In this document: piece after piece, positions 62,891 through 64,000 of the stretch
How positions within the stretch are numbered: the stretch's first letter is position 1
Layout: each line of letters starts with the position of its first letter
Source of the DNA: Mobula hypostoma
Taxonomy: Eukaryota
NCBI RefSeq assembly: GCF_963921235.1
Contig: NC_086108.1
Location: 47,928,001 to 47,992,000, forward strand
DNA length: 64,000 nucleotides
Direction: 5' to 3'
Translations under genes and position numbers: made by a program
Notes under the pieces: generated by a model
Databases searched by the model: none
What the model was told of the DNA's origin: nothing
Seen by the model: the letters and a program-made list of their open reading frames with translations, nothing else

Positions 62891-64000
62891 ACGACACGTG
62901 CGTAATGACCTCACGTGCGTAATGGCTCAACAGTGTGTGACAGGGAATGAGGAAAGGTGCAGCTGACTCATATCACCAAATCATATCATTTCCTCACGGC
63001 CCCGTAGCGCATGCTTTGCGGCCTGGTGGTTGGGGACAGCTGCACTACATCTGCTCTTCCTTCATCAATGTGTTTAGTCACATCCTCAAAAAATTCAATC
63101 AGGCTCGTAAGGCATGCCCTGCTCTTGACAAAGCCATGCTGACTATTCCTAATCATATTATACCTCTCCAAATGTTCATAAATCCTGCTTCTCAGGATCT
63201 TCTCCATCAACTTACCAACCACTGAAGTAAGATTCTCTGGTCTATAATTTCCTGGGCTATCCCTACTCCCTTTCTTGAATAAAAGGAACAACATCCGCAA
63301 CCCTCCAATCCTCCGGAACCTCTCCCGTCCCCATTGATGATGCAAAGATCATCGCCAGAGGCTCAGCAATCTCCCCTCGCTTCCCACAGTAGTCTGGGGT
63401 ATATCCCGTCTGGTCTGATTTATCTAACAATGCTTTTCAAAAGCACCAGCACATCCTCTTTCATAATATCTACATGCTCAAGCTTTTCCATCTGCTGCGA
63501 GTCAGCACTACAATCACCAAGATCCTCTTCCATAGTGAATACTGAGGTAAAGTATTTATTAAGTACTTCTGCTATTTCCTCCGGTTCCATACACGCTTTC
63601 CCATGGTTACATTTGATAGGTCGTATTCGTTCACGTCTTATCCTCTTGCTCTTCACATACTTGTAGAATGCCTTGGGGATTTCCTTAACCCTGTTTGCCA
63701 AGGCCTTCTCATGGCCCCTTTCGGGCTCTCCTAATGTCCTTCTTAAGCTCCTTCCTATTAGCCTTATAATCCTCTAGATCTCTAAAATTACCTAGCTCTC
63801 TAAACCTTTTGTAAGCTTTTCTTTTCTTCTTGACTAGATTTATTACAGCCTTTGTTCCTGTACCCTACCATAGCTTCCCTGTCTCATTGGAACGCACCTA
63901 TGCAGGACTCCAACAAATATCCCCTGAATATTTGCCACATTTCTTCTGTACTTTTCCCTGAGAACATCTGTTTCCAGTTTAAGCCTCCAATTTCCTGCCT

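Larger units (their letters stand above)
61840..63042 (-). mobile_element. Non-autonomous hAT (Charlie-like) DNA transposon
   Basis: TIRs CGGGGGTCCCCAACC / GGTTGGGGACAGCTG; exact 8-bp TSD CACTACAT at 61832-61839 and 63043-63050; the host CR1 frame joins across it. Confidence 0.93.
60653..64000 (-). mobile_element. Long CR1/L3 LINE ORF2 remnant, interrupted by hAT, running off the window
   Basis: ORFs 63420-63701, 62986-63345 (PGNYRP..QHGFVKSRACLTSLIEFF), 61238-61839 (YMDFSKAFDKVPH..SGVPQGSVLGP..FADDT) and 60749-61231; CATAGAAA tail. Confidence 0.95.

Overview
This is repeat-dense eukaryotic DNA, not prokaryotic. The repeat spectrum points to a vertebrate and most likely a cartilaginous fish (inference): CR1/L3, Rex1/Babar, RTE and L1-clade LINEs, Penelope-like elements (PLEs), HE1/V-type and Deu-type SINEs, Ty3/Gypsy LTR elements, and Tc1 and hAT DNA transposons. 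I recognise no host protein-coding exon, rRNA, true tRNA gene or CRISPR array, so the window looks intronic or intergenic. Nearly all long ORFs are transposon remnants. The most notable structures are: (1) about 12 copies of a PLE terminal repeat carrying a minimal type I hammerhead ribozyme motif, of which only the copy at 9986-10022 (-) keeps an intact catalytic core; several copies form inverted pairs; (2) a Gypsy element with both LTRs and a target-site duplication (TSD) whose RT segment is inverted relative to its integrase; (3) a 1-kb deleted chromoviral element, with a matching RT fragment 1 kb away between inverted PLE ends; (4) a CR1 > hAT > CR1 nest with an exact 8-bp TSD; (5) an unassigned ~175-bp palindrome and an unassigned three-copy ~120-bp hairpin repeat. 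I do not see firm evidence of a wholly new biological system. All family calls are by-eye motif recognition, and the boundaries of old repeats are approximate.
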